Origin: an uncultured Gemmatimonadales bacterium
GTDB lineage: Bacteria > Gemmatimonadota > Gemmatimonadetes > Gemmatimonadales > GWC2-71-9
Assembly: GCA_963846945.1 (NCBI GenBank)
Contig: CAWJXX010000014.1
Span: 67,614 to 131,613, forward strand
DNA: 64,000 nucleotides
Direction: 5' to 3'
The position numbers and the translations under genes are program-made. Below the pieces are notes generated by a model that did no database searches, was not told the DNA's origin, and saw nothing but the letters and a program-made list of their open reading frames with translations. Shown here piece by piece: positions 41,724 through 53,342 of the stretch (positions are counted from its first letter, which is position 1; each line of letters starts with the position of its first letter).

Positions 41724-41798
41724 TCGGGGCGCCCGGATTTGAACCGGGGACCTCCTGCTCCCGAAGCAGGCGCGATAACCGGGCTTCGCTACGCCCCG
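41724..41798 (-). tRNA. tRNA-Pro (anticodon CGG)
   Basis: CGGGGCG TA GCGA..TCGC G CCTGC TTCGGGA GCAGG AGGTC CCCGG TTCAAAT CCGGG CGCCCCG A. Confidence 0.93.
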
Positions 41799-41807
41799 TA
41801 CTACCTA

Positions 41808-41881
41808 TGCGCCCATGAGGACTCGAACCTCAAACCTTCTGATCCGTAGTCAGATGCTCTATCCAATTGAGCTATGGGCGC
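41808..41881 (-). tRNA. tRNA-Arg (anticodon ACG)
   Basis: GCGCCCA TA GCTC AATTGGATA GAGC A TCTGA CTACGGA TCAGA AGGTT TGAGG TTCGAGT CCTCA TGGGCGC A. Confidence 0.93.
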
Positions 41882-41919
41882 CAGCGGCAGAGGAACTGCT
41901 CCACCACCAACTTTTTCCA

Positions 41920-41993
41920 TGGGCGGTACAAGGTTCGAACTTGTGACCTCCACGATGTCAACGTGGCGCTCTAACCAACTGAGCTAACCGCCC
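41920..41993 (-). tRNA. tRNA-Val (anticodon GAC)
   Basis: GGGCGGT TA GCTC AGTTGGTTA GAGC G CCACG TTGACAT CGTGG AGGTC ACAAG TTCGAAC CTTGT ACCGCCC A. Confidence 0.93.
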
Positions 41994-42079
41994 TGCAAGG
42001 AGCCAAGCCGCCAAGAAGCAAGGGCGGCAGGCGTGTGGTTCTTGCCGCCCTGCCGCCCTGCCCTCTTGCCGCCCTGAAA

Positions 42080-42153
42080 TAGCGGGGGTGGGATTTGAAC
42101 CCACGACCTCCGGGTTATGAGCCCGGCGAGCTACCAGACTGCTCCACCCCGCG
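42080..42153 (-). tRNA. initiator tRNA-fMet (anticodon CAT)
   Basis: CGCGGGG TG GAGC AGTCTGGTA GCTC G CCGGG CTCATAA CCCGG AGGTC GTGGG TTCAAAT CCCAC CCCCGCT A. Has the three G-C pairs closing the anticodon stem and an unpaired 1:72 position. Confidence 0.9.
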
Positions 42154-42261
42154 ACGCTGGCTGCACCATGGTCAGACCACGCGCAACCACTAACGAACCG
42201 TTCGTGCCGAGCTGTGCTGCTGAACGCCGGACCGCCTGACTGTCCAATCGTTCCTCGGCAG

Positions 42262-42334
42262 AGCGGGAAACGGGACTCGAACCCGCGACCCCAACCTTGG
42301 CAAGGTTGTGCTCTACCAACTGAGCTATTCCCGC
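42262..42334 (-). tRNA. tRNA-Gly (anticodon GCC)
   Basis: GCGGGAA TA GCTC AGTTGGTA GAGC A CAACC TTGCCAA GGTTG GGGTC GCGGG TTCGAGT CCCGT TTCCCGC T. Confidence 0.93.
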
Positions 42335-42425
42335 ATGGCGGAAGCGGATTGTAGCGCGCACCTGCGCCCACCGCAACCGTTTTCCCAGTGCCTGCCGCGA
42401 CGCTGCTCACATCCGGCGAAGCGAG

Positions 42426-42498
42426 TGGAGGCGAGGGGGATCGAACCCCTGACCTCGTGAATGCCATTCACGCGCTCTCCCAACTGAGCTACGCCCCC
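42426..42498 (-). tRNA. tRNA-Ala (anticodon GGC)
   Basis: GGGGGCG TA GCTC AGTTGGGA GAGC G CGTGA ATGGCAT TCACG AGGTC AGGGG TTCGATC CCCCT CGCCTCC A. The G3:U70 identity pair is present. Confidence 0.93.
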
Positions 42499-42565
42499 GT
42501 TATATTGGGCGGCCCTCAAACCGAGGGACCGGAGCAGCACGGGAACCTATGAGCGCACTCCGGGG

Positions 42566-43768
42566 GTGTCAAGCGATCAGACAACGCGCGCGTCACCAGC
42601 CGCGCCGATGTACGCGAGCAATCGAAGCCTCATGGCCACCAGCGGCAAGAAAGACGACTCCAGCAGCCCGTCGGCGGGCAAGTCCGCCAAGCGTGCCGCC
42701 TCGCCAGCCAAGGCGAAGGCGGCCGCCGGGAAGCCAGTGCGCGCGGCCAAGCCCGCGAAAGCCGCAAAGGCCTCGAAATCGCCCATCGTCGCAGCCGCCA
42801 AGCCCGCCGAGCACGTCTGGGATCCGCACAAGCCGCTGCCGGAGCACCTCACCACGGCGCAGATCCTCGCCGCGACGCCGCCCACCAAGCCGCGTCGCAC
42901 CCGCAAGCGCGAGACCTCCAAGTCCCTTGGCGTGTATGACGCCGACAAGGACATCCTGGACCAGTACCTGTACGAAGTGAGCATGACGCCCCTGCTCACG
43001 CCGCAGCAGGAGATCGCCATAGCGAAGCGCGTGCGGGGCGGCGATCCGGAGGCGATGCAGGAGCTGGTGAAGCGCAACCTGCGCTTCGTCATTTCCGTGG
43101 CCAAGAAGTACCAGAACCGCGGCCTCCCGCTCACCGACCTCATCGGCGAGGGCAACGTTGGCCTTCTCACCGCGGCGCGGAAGTTCGATCCGGACCAGGG
43201 CGTGAAATTCATCTCGTATGCGGTGTGGTGGATCCGGCAGGCCATCCTCGCGTCGCTTGCCCGCCAGGGTCGTACCGTGCGGGTGCCCCTCAACCGCACC
43301 GCCGATCTTTCGAGGATCGTGCGCACCGCCGAGGCACTGCGGCAGGAGCTGCGGCGCGAGCCCACGCCCGAGGAAATCGCCAACGCCACGGGGCTGTCGC
43401 TGGACGTGGTGCAGTCCCTCGCGGCACTGAATACCAGCGAGGTGCGCCTCGACGCTCCCCTCGATCCCGAGGGCGACCGCTCATTGATGGATCGCTTCAT
43501 CGCGTCCGATGGCAACAGTGCCGAGGAACAGGCGATGGACGCCTTCCTCTCGGAGGAAATCGAGTCGGCGCTGCGCACGCTTCCGCCGCGTGATGGCAAG
43601 GTGCTGCGCCTCTACTTCGGGCTCGATGGCGGCCGGGAGCACACCCTGGAAGAGATCGGCGGCATGCTGGGTGTGACCCGCGAGCGCGTGCGCCAGTTGC
43701 GCGACCGTGCCCTCAAGCGCCTCCGCGAGGGCGAGGTTGGCCGGGCCCTGGCGAGCTTCGCCGCCTAG
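42566..43768 (+). CDS. rpoD: primary-type RNA polymerase sigma-70 factor with Lys/Ala/Pro-rich N-terminal tail
   Basis: Region 2 NLRFVISVAKKYQNRGLPLTDLIGEGNVGLLTAARKFD, FISYAVWWIRQAI. Region 4 TLEEIGGMLGVTRERVRQL. Alternative starts are ATG 42608 or 42632. Confidence 0.92.
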   Translation: MSSDQTTRASPAAPMYASNRSLMATSGKKDDSSSPSAGKSAKRAASPAKAKAAAGKPVRAAKPAKAAKASKSPIVAAAKPAEHVWDPHKPLPEHLTTAQILAATPPTKPRRTRKRETSKSLGVYDADKDILDQYLYEVSMTPLLTPQQEIAIAKRVRGGDPEAMQELVKRNLRFVISVAKKYQNRGLPLTDLIGEGNVGLLTAARKFDPDQGVKFISYAVWWIRQAILASLARQGRTVRVPLNRTADLSRIVRTAEALRQELRREPTPEEIANATGLSLDVVQSLAALNTSEVRLDAPLDPEGDRSLMDRFIASDGNSAEEQAMDAFLSEEIESALRTLPPRDGKVLRLYFGLDGGREHTLEEIGGMLGVTRERVRQLRDRALKRLREGEVGRALASFAA

Positions 43769-43839
43769 CACCCATCTCCAGCGGCGGTCGTCCCGGATCG
43801 CCCGCTACGTTTTTCCGGTTCCACATCGTACCTTGAGCC

Positions 43840-44601
43840 ATGCTACGGGCCGCTGAGACCCGCCTGCCTCTCGTATCCGGCTTCTTCGACGAGGTGGGCC
43901 GTATCACGCTCCGGGTGTCCCGCGCGGTGCGCGACGTGCGGACATGGCGCCCGGTCCTGATCGACCAGATGCTGGTGCTCGGCGTCGATTCGGTGCCGAT
44001 CGCCGTCTTCCTCGCCGTATTCACCGGCATCGTTCTCGCACTTCTCGCCTCCTACATCTTCACCAATACCGTCCCGCTCTACCTGGTGGGTTCGCTGGTG
44101 GGCAAGACGGTGATGATGGAACTGGCGCCGGTGCTCACGGGCATGGCGCTGGCGGGTCGCGTGGGCGCGAACATCGCGGCCGAACTCGGCACCATGCGCG
44201 TCACCGAGCAGGTGGACGCGCTCGAGACACTCTCCTTCGATCCCATGGCCTATCTCGCCGTCCCACGGGTCCTCGCCGCGATCCTCATGTTTCCGGTGGT
44301 GACCGCCTTCGCGATGCTGGTGGGCGTCTTCTCGGGATGGCTCGCCTCAACCTTCATCCTGCACCTGCCGCCCCAGGAATTCGTGCGGGGGCTGCGCCAG
44401 TTCTACGAGTTCAAGGACATCTGGTACGGGCTGGTAAAGGCCGCGAGCTTCGGCGGGGCGGTCGCGATCATGGGCTGCTTCCAGGGTCTGAACAGCGAGG
44501 GTGGCGCGGCAGGCGTCGGGCATGCGGCGACGCGAGCCGTGGTGCTGGGCTGCGAGGCGATTCTTGTTCTGGACGCTTTCTGGGCGGTTGTTCTCCTGTG
44601 A
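43840..44601 (+). CDS. mlaE: ABC transporter permease MlaE-like
   Basis: ELAPVLTGMALAGRVGANIAAELGTMRVTEQVDALE is the MlaE signature. Confidence 0.9.
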   Translation: MLRAAETRLPLVSGFFDEVGRITLRVSRAVRDVRTWRPVLIDQMLVLGVDSVPIAVFLAVFTGIVLALLASYIFTNTVPLYLVGSLVGKTVMMELAPVLTGMALAGRVGANIAAELGTMRVTEQVDALETLSFDPMAYLAVPRVLAAILMFPVVTAFAMLVGVFSGWLASTFILHLPPQEFVRGLRQFYEFKDIWYGLVKAASFGGAVAIMGCFQGLNSEGGAAGVGHAATRAVVLGCEAILVLDAFWAVVLL

Positions 44602-44663
44602 GCGGCAAGGCCGCCAAGTCGCCAAGCCGCCATGGCGACCGGGCCTCTTGGCCTCCTGGCGCC

Positions 44664-45404
44664 ATGATCTCCCTTCACAATGTCTTCAAGTCCTTCGGCC
44701 CAAAGCAGGTCTTGCGCGGCTTCTCGCTCGACGTGCCGGAGGGGGAGACGACCGTGCTGCTCGGGCAATCGGGTGGCGGGAAGAGCGTCACTCTGAAACT
44801 GATCGCGGGGCTGCTCAGGCCCGACAGCGGCATCGTGGTGGTCGATGGACAGGACGTCCCTGCCCTCGATCCTCCCGGACTGGCGCAGCTCCGCCGCAAC
44901 ATCGCCTTCGTCTTCCAGTTCGCCGCGCTCTTCGACTCCATGACGGTGGAGGAGAACATCCGCCTTGGACTGCGGAAGCAGGGGCTGGACGAATCGACAC
45001 AGCGCGAGCGGACGCGGGAGAGCCTCGCGGTCGTGAACCTCGAGGGTACCGAACAGCGCCATCCGGCAGAACTCTCCGGGGGAATGCGCAAGCGGGTGGG
45101 TATTGCGCGCGCGATCGCCCTCAAGCCGCGCTACATTCTCTATGATGAGCCGACGACGGGGCTGGACCCCGTGACGTCGGCGGTGATCGATGAGTTGATG
45201 AACCGCACGCGCGACCTGGGCGCCACCGGCCTCATCGTCACGCACGACTTGCGGACGGCCTTCACCTGCGGGGACCGGATCGCCATGCTGCACGAGGGCC
45301 GACTGCGCGCCGTGGGTACGGCAGACGAGATGCGCAACAGCACCGACCCGGTAGTTGCCGGGTTCATCGCCGGCCGTCCCGACCTGATCGAGGGCGCCGC
45401 GTGA
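44664..45404 (+). CDS. mlaF: ABC transporter ATP-binding protein MlaF-like
   Basis: Internal ATG of track ORF 43944..45404. Walker A GQSGGGKS. LSGGMRKRVGIARA. Walker B ILYDEPTTGLD. Confidence 0.9.
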   Translation: MISLHNVFKSFGPKQVLRGFSLDVPEGETTVLLGQSGGGKSVTLKLIAGLLRPDSGIVVVDGQDVPALDPPGLAQLRRNIAFVFQFAALFDSMTVEENIRLGLRKQGLDESTQRERTRESLAVVNLEGTEQRHPAELSGGMRKRVGIARAIALKPRYILYDEPTTGLDPVTSAVIDELMNRTRDLGATGLIVTHDLRTAFTCGDRIAMLHEGRLRAVGTADEMRNSTDPVVAGFIAGRPDLIEGAA

Positions 45405-46387
45405 CGCGCCGACGCGAGTTCAAGGTCGGTGTGACGGTGGTCGGGGCCCTCATCGCAGTCGTCGCGGGTGCGCTCTGGCTCTCGCAGGCGAACCTCCGCG
45501 GTGAAGACCTGATACGCAGCGCGCGTTTCCGCGAAGTGGGCGGGCTCAAGCCGGGTGCGCCGGTCACGCTGCGAGGCGTGAAGGTGGGAAGCGTCACCGC
45601 CATACGGCTCGCGGCGGACGCGTGGGTGCAGGTGGACATGAAGCTCGATAAGAGAGCCGACCTGCCGGCGGACCCCGCCGTCGTGGCCGCGTCCTCCAGC
45701 CTCTTCGGCGAGTGGCGCGCCAACATCCTCTCGCTGGACGAGCAGCGGGGTGACCCGGACCTGCTGCAGACGCTCGAGGAGGCACGCGCACCAGGTGGCG
45801 AGGCCTGGCCCGGGGCCACGCTGCCGGACATCGGCGAGTTGACCCAGCAGGCCAGCCGCATCGCCGGTGACGTGGCCAACGTGACCAAGCGACTCGAGGG
45901 CGTGCTGGATACCTCGGCGGTGAAGGAACTGAAGTCGAGCATCAACGACCTCTCGCAGATTTCCAGGCGCCTCTCCGGTTTCGCCCGGTCACAAACCCAG
46001 CGCATGGACACGGTGGGTGGTAATATCTCGCTCGGGTCGAGTGCCTTCCTGCGCACGGTGACGCGCCTCGACTCGGCCACGTCGGGCAACATCGTGCCGG
46101 AGGTGGCAGGCAACACGCGGGCAGCACTGGTCGACCTCCGGAAGGCCGCGGCGGACTTGCGTGAGGTGACAGAAGCTGCGGCCCAGAACAAGGTGAGCAT
46201 GGTGCAGGCGCTGCAGATGGCCGACTCGATATTGCGGCGCATCGATCGAGGGCAGGGAACCCTGGGCCTGATGGCGACGGACAGCACGCTGTACCGCGAG
46301 GCGACGCTCACGTTCCAGGAAGCCCGCGCCCTGATCGCCGATATCCGGGCCAATCCGAAGAAGTACCTGAAGGTGAGCGTGTTCTAG
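45401..46387 (+). CDS. mlaD: MCE/MlaD-family substrate-binding protein
   Basis: Overlaps the mlaF stop. N-terminal anchor KVGVTVVGALIAVVAGALW. MCE core GAPVTLRGVKVGSVTAI. Confidence 0.85.
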   Translation: MTRRREFKVGVTVVGALIAVVAGALWLSQANLRGEDLIRSARFREVGGLKPGAPVTLRGVKVGSVTAIRLAADAWVQVDMKLDKRADLPADPAVVAASSSLFGEWRANILSLDEQRGDPDLLQTLEEARAPGGEAWPGATLPDIGELTQQASRIAGDVANVTKRLEGVLDTSAVKELKSSINDLSQISRRLSGFARSQTQRMDTVGGNISLGSSAFLRTVTRLDSATSGNIVPEVAGNTRAALVDLRKAAADLREVTEAAAQNKVSMVQALQMADSILRRIDRGQGTLGLMATDSTLYREATLTFQEARALIADIRANPKKYLKVSVF

Positions 46388-46879
46388 ATGGCCAAGCGAC
46401 CGATCGACCTCGAGGTCAGCGCCGGCGGCATCGTCTTCCGGCGGGAGCACGACGGGGTCGCGCAATACCTGCTGATCCGGGATTCCTACCACAACTGGGG
46501 GTTTCCCAAGGGCCACCTCGAGGACGGCGAGACGCCGGCCCAGGCGGCGCTGCGGGAGACCGCGGAAGAAACCGGGCTGTCGCATCTCGAGTTGCACGGA
46601 CCCATCCGGCTCATCGACTGGCACTTCCGTTTTCGCGGGCGCCGCATCCACAAGTACTGCCATTTCTTCCTGCTCGAATCGCCCGACGGCGATGCCGCGC
46701 CCCAAACCGACGAGGGCATCACGGCGGTCCGGTGGTGCACGCTCGACCAGGCACTCGACGCACTGAGCTACGACAACGCGCGTGGCGTGCTCAAGCGCGC
46801 CGGCGAGATGACCAGGACGCTGGTCGCCATGGGTGCCGGGCGTCCACGTCGCGAGCCGGACCCCTCCACGACCGCCTGA
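46388..46879 (+). CDS. NUDIX hydrolase
   Basis: Nudix box GFPKGHLEDGETPAQAALRETAEETG. The ATG directly abuts the mlaD stop. Confidence 0.88.
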   Translation: MAKRPIDLEVSAGGIVFRREHDGVAQYLLIRDSYHNWGFPKGHLEDGETPAQAALRETAEETGLSHLELHGPIRLIDWHFRFRGRRIHKYCHFFLLESPDGDAAPQTDEGITAVRWCTLDQALDALSYDNARGVLKRAGEMTRTLVAMGAGRPRREPDPSTTA

Positions 46880-46882
46880 GCT

Positions 46883-47652
46883 GTGTCCGTCATCGCGGTG
46901 CTGGCCCCCGGCCCCGCGAGCGCCGTCCTGCGTCGCTCGATGCCGCGCGCCGGTGTGCGGCTGGTCCGGTGTCGCGGTGTCGAGCGCACTGTGGCGGCTC
47001 GCGAGCACCCGCCTTCTCGATGCCGTCATCATCTCGCCGCTGGGCGCAGGCTTCGGCGTGCTGCGCGACCTGCGGGAGCAATGGCCGGCGCTTCCGGTGG
47101 TAGCCTGGGCGGCCTTCCGCGCCGACGATGGCGAGGTGCTTGCGGCATGCCGCGAGGGTGGTGTGGCCAGCCTGATCGTGGAAGGCGTGGATGACGCCGT
47201 TGCGGGATACCTGGTGAGCCGCGCCACCCTCGCCGCCGAGCGGGAGCGACTGCTCGACGATGGCCCCCGGGTACTGCGCCTCACCGAACCCCTGCAGCTG
47301 CGCGCGTGGGAGGTGGTGGTGCGCGACGTCGAGCAGCCCCTGCGCACCGAGGAAATCGCGCGCCGCCTTCGAGTGAGCCGGGAGCACCTGTCGCGGCAGT
47401 TCGGCGCCGGCGGCGCGCCCAACCTGAAGCGCGTGATCGACCTGACCCGGGTGGCCTGTGCCGCGCAACTGCTGCAGAATCCGCGCACCCCGCCGCCCGT
47501 CGTTGCGATGATCCTGCGCTATGTCTCGGCGAGCCACATGGCCGCGACGGTGCGCCGCATCGCGGATGTCGAGCCTGTCGGAGCTGGTGGAGGTGGGTCC
47601 CCGGGGCGTGCTTGCGGCCTTCGTTCGGGGGAGGACCCGGAGCCGGCCTTGA
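46883..47652 (+). CDS. transcriptional regulator with receiver-like N-terminus and AraC-type HTH (two frameshifts as assembled)
   Basis: GTG 46883 gives VSVIAVLAPG.... Joins near 46968 to the frame of 46833..47660 (LLDAVIISPLG..., TEEIARRLRVSREHLSRQF). Near 47570 it switches to the frame ending ...MSSLSELVEVGPRGVLAAFVRGRTRSRP* (TGA 47650). Confidence 0.65.
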
Positions 47653-47716
47653 GCGTCTGATCCTGGCCCTTTCCCGACGTGCTTTTCCTCATTCCCGAGT
47701 CTTGCTTGACCCGTAT

Positions 47717-47734
47717 TTGTGACTATTTTCACAA
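47717..47734. promoter_or_regulatory. perfect CRP/FNR-family-type palindrome TTGTGA-N6-TCACAA upstream of atpA
   Basis: Read directly: tatTTGTGActatttTCACAAgc. It lies in an AT-rich patch 45-62 nt upstream of atpA ATG 47779. It overlaps a possible promoter (TTGCTT 47702-47707, 16-nt spacer, TATTTT 47724-47729). Confidence 0.45.
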
Positions 47735-47778
47735 GCTGTACTCGAACCTGATTTCAACCGTCACTCCAGCGAAATCCC

Positions 47779-49347
47779 ATGGCCTCTGAGACGTTGCTCC
47801 GCCCCGGCGAACTCAAGGAAGTCCTCCTCAAGGAAATCGCCGCTGCCGACCTGACTTCGGCGCAGGATGCCGAAGTCGGCACCATCCTGAGCGTCGCCGA
47901 CGGAGTGGCGAGCATTTACGGCCTCAAGTCGGCGATGTCCTACGAGATGCTCGAGATCACGGCGCGGGAGACCGGCGAAACCGTCATCGCCCTGGTGCTC
48001 AACCTGAACGAGGACTCGGTCGGCGCCGCGGTGATCGGTGACTATCTGGTGCTGAAGGAAGGCGACGAGGTCCGTCGCACCGGCCGCCTGCTCGAAGTGC
48101 CGGCCGGCCCTGAGATGCTCGGGCGCGTGGTCGATCCCCTCGGGCGGCCGGTTGACGGCCTCGGGCCCATCAAGGCGAAGACCAGCCGCCCGGTCGAGAT
48201 CATCGCCCCCGGCATCATCGTGCGTCAGCCGGTGTCCGAGCCGCTGCAGACCGGCATCAAGGCCATCGACGCGATGATCCCGATCGGGCGGGGCCAGCGA
48301 GAGTTGATCATCGGCGACCGTGGCACCGGCAAGACCGCCATCGCGGTCGATACGATCATCAACCAGAAGGGCACTGGCGTCATCTGCGTCTACGTCGCCA
48401 TCGGCCAGAAGCAGTCGACGGTGGCGTCGGTGGTGGAGAAGTTCCGCCAGGCCGGAGCGCTCGAATACACCATCGTGGTGACGTCGTCGGCCTCCGACTC
48501 GGCGCCGCTCCAGTTCCTGGCGCCGTACTCCGGCTGCGCCCTTGCCGAGTACTTCATGTACGAAGAGGGGAAGGCGACCCTCTGCATCTATGACGACCTC
48601 TCCAAGCAGGCCACCGCATACCGTCAGATGTCGCTGGTGCTTCGTCGTCCACCGGGGCGCGAGGCGTATCCGGGTGACGTGTTCTATGTGCACAGCCGCC
48701 TGCTGGAGCGCGCTGCAAAGATTTCGACGGATCCGGAGAAGACCAGGATCGACCCGCGCATCAAGGTGCCGGGCGGCTCACTGACCGCCCTCCCGATCAT
48801 CGAGACCCAGGCGGGCGACGTCTCGGCCTACATCCCGACCAACGTCATCTCGATCACGGACGGGCAGATCTTCCTGACGACCGACCTCTTCTACGCCAAC
48901 GTCCGCCCGGCCGTGGACGTCGGGATCAGCGTCAGCCGCGTCGGCGGCAACGCGCAGATCAAGGCCATGAAGCAGGTGGCCGGACCGCTCCGGCTCTCGC
49001 TCGCGCAGTACCGCGAGCTCGAGGCGTTCGCGCAGTTCGGTTCCGACCTCGACGCGGCCACGCAGCGCCAGCTCAACCGTGGCGCCCGCCTGGTGGAGAT
49101 CCTCAAGCAGCCGCAGTACAACCCGGTGCCGGTCGAGAAGCAGGTGGCCATCATCTACGCCGTCACCAATGGTTTTCTCGATGACGTTCCGGTACCGCAG
49201 GTGCGGAAGTGGGAGCGCGACTTCCTGGGCGCTCTCGACACCGCGCTGCTCTCCGACATCCGCACCAAGAAGGCGCTGGACGACGCCCTGACCGCCCGCC
49301 TCAAGCAGGCGATCGAGTCGTTCAAGCCCAAGTTCATCCCCGGCTGA
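47779..49347 (+). CDS. atpA: F1 ATP synthase alpha subunit
   Basis: Intact 522 aa. [11 protein letters not shown] Walker [34 protein letters not shown]. Confidence 0.97.
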   Translation: MASETLLRPGELKEVLLKEIAAADLTSAQDAEVGTILSVADGVASIYGLKSAMSYEMLEITARETGETVIALVLNLNEDSVGAAVIGDYLVLKEGDEVRRTGRLLEVPAGPEMLGRVVDPLGRPVDGLGPIKAKTSRPVEIIAPGIIVRQPVSEPLQTGIKAIDAMIPIGRGQRELIIGDRGTGKTAIAVDTIINQKGTGVICVYVAIGQKQSTVASVVEKFRQAGALEYTIVVTSSASDSAPLQFLAPYSGCALAEYFMYEEGKATLCIYDDLSKQATAYRQMSLVLRRPPGREAYPGDVFYVHSRLLERAAKISTDPEKTRIDPRIKVPGGSLTALPIIETQAGDVSAYIPTNVISITDGQIFLTTDLFYANVRPAVDVGISVSRVGGNAQIKAMKQVAGPLRLSLAQYRELEAFAQFGSDLDAATQRQLNRGARLVEILKQPQYNPVPVEKQVAIIYAVTNGFLDDVPVPQVRKWERDFLGALDTALLSDIRTKKALDDALTARLKQAIESFKPKFIPG

Positions 49348-49353
49348 TCGCGG

Positions 49354-51729
<2,376 letters not shown>

Positions 51730-51730
<1 letters not shown>

Positions 51731-51999
51731 TGCACGTCACACTCATTTCTCCCGAGGCCGCCATGTTCGACGGCGAGGCAGTGGCGATTATCGCTCCTGC
51801 CTTCGACGGACAGGTCGGTATCCTGCCGCGGCACGCCCCTTTCGTGACCCTGCTGGGAAAGGGCCGGCTCGTCGTGCGCCAAGCGGGCGCAAGTCGCGCG
51901 TTCCGCGTAAATGGCGGCTTTCTGCAGGTGGTCGATGACCGCGTGCGGATCGTTGCCGAACAGGTCGAGGGAGATGACGGTGCAGCGAATCCGGCTTAG
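51730..51999 (+). CDS. atpC: F1 ATP synthase epsilon subunit, short form (N-terminal beta-sandwich only)
   Basis: The ATG overlaps the atpD stop. 89 aa: VTLISPEAAMFDGEAVAIIAPAFDGQVGILPRHAPFVTLL... No helical C-terminal domain is encoded in any frame downstream. Confidence 0.85.
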
Positions 52000-52603
52000 C
52001 GCAATTGCCTTCACGCTCGCTGGAATCATCGGGATTACCCGGATAGCCAGCGCGCAGGAGACGGGCACGCCGGTCTTCAAGGCGCCCTATCGCGCGTTCA
52101 CCAACTGGGAGCTCGGAATTTCGCTCTCGGATCCCAAGGGTGGGTCGTACGGCCTCGAGGGTTTCTACAGCTTCGGCAGCGGGGCAAATGATTTCGGCAT
52201 CCGCGCGGGCTACGTTGACCAGGGGGACGATAACGCCGCGACCATCGGCGCCACCTTCCGTCGCCGCATCATCCACGCGACGGACAAGTTCCCGCTCGAC
52301 GGCGCCATCGTCGCCGGCTTCGGCACCCAGCTTGGCAGTGACATCGATGAATTCTTCGTGCCGGTGGGACTCTCACTGGGACGGCGGATCGATCTCGAGA
52401 ACTCGAAGACGAGTTTCGTGCCCTATTTCGAGCCAGTCATCGTCCCGACCTTCTTCTCGGGCGACAATGCACCGGGCAGCAGCCTCGATTTCGCGCTCGG
52501 GCTGGGCGTGGACATCAAGTTCGGCAGCGCGATCGACATCCGTGTCTCGGGTGGCATCGGGGATATTGACGGGGTGGCAATCAGCCTCGCCTGGGTCCAC
52601 TGA
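51974..52603 (+). CDS. small outer-membrane beta-barrel protein
   Basis: ATG 51974 lies within track ORF 51911..52603. Signal peptide MTVQRIRLSAIAFTLAGIIGITRIASAQ. Strand pattern. Overlaps the atpC 3' end by 26 nt. Confidence 0.65.
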   Translation: MTVQRIRLSAIAFTLAGIIGITRIASAQETGTPVFKAPYRAFTNWELGISLSDPKGGSYGLEGFYSFGSGANDFGIRAGYVDQGDDNAATIGATFRRRIIHATDKFPLDGAIVAGFGTQLGSDIDEFFVPVGLSLGRRIDLENSKTSFVPYFEPVIVPTFFSGDNAPGSSLDFALGLGVDIKFGSAIDIRVSGGIGDIDGVAISLAWVH

Positions 52604-52727
52604 GCTGCGCATGATTCGCGTCCCCTGGGCCCGGCTGCAGCCGCAGTCGGGCCCTTGTCGTCGGGAGGCGCCGCGGACTAGCTTGCCCCGCCGGAATTGG
52701 CCCGGGCACCGTGGTGGGACGGGGTTC

Positions 52728-53342
52728 GTGAGGCGCCTGGGTTTCTCGTTCCTGGCGCTGATGCTTCTGGCCGTGGTGTCCGAGGCCCGTGGTCAGGTCC
52801 GCGGATTTCCCGTGTACGGGGTTCAGGTGCCACGGGGCATCACGCTGGCGGCTGATGCAGGCTTTGCGAGCGATGATTTCTGTTCGGCCCCGTCAGTCTG
52901 CCTCGGGGCAACGGCGATGGCTGGACGCGGTCGCCTGGGGGTCGCGGCGACGGTCGCCACGTCGGGCATCGGCGCGATGGTTGACGTGAGCCTCCTGCGC
53001 CCGCGACACAATCCCTTCGGCCTCGTGCTGCAGGGTGGTGTCTCCGGCACCAGTCTCACCGGCGGCGCGCTGGTGGTACCATTCGGCGCCGGTTTCTCCG
53101 TCTGGGTCCCGACGCCGGTGGTGTCGCTCGAACCGTGGCTCGCTGCACGCGGTCAGTACATGAGTCCCGGCGATGGCTGGGCTGGCAACAGCGCGGTGCG
53201 CTTCGCCTGGAGCGCCGGGATCAATCTTTCGCTGCTCGACGGTCTCGGCGTTCGCGCCGCATACGACCGGACCTACGTGACGGACAACACGCTTTCGACG
53301 TTCGGCATTGGCGTCTACTACTCCTTCGATCCTGGCCACTGA
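52728..53342 (+). CDS. small outer-membrane beta-barrel protein
   Basis: GTG 52728 lies within track ORF 52140..53342. Signal peptide VRRLGFSFLALMLLAVVSEARGQ. Ends ...FGIGVYYSFDPGH. Confidence 0.6.
   Translation: MRRLGFSFLALMLLAVVSEARGQVRGFPVYGVQVPRGITLAADAGFASDDFCSAPSVCLGATAMAGRGRLGVAATVATSGIGAMVDVSLLRPRHNPFGLVLQGGVSGTSLTGGALVVPFGAGFSVWVPTPVVSLEPWLAARGQYMSPGDGWAGNSAVRFAWSAGINLSLLDGLGVRAAYDRTYVTDNTLSTFGIGVYYSFDPGH

Noticed and set aside
41602-42565. tRNA array as an integration hot-spot / genomic island border
   Set aside because: There is no integrase, no duplicated tRNA 3' fragment (att-like repeat) and no compositional shift on either side. The flanking genes are ordinary chromosomal genes.
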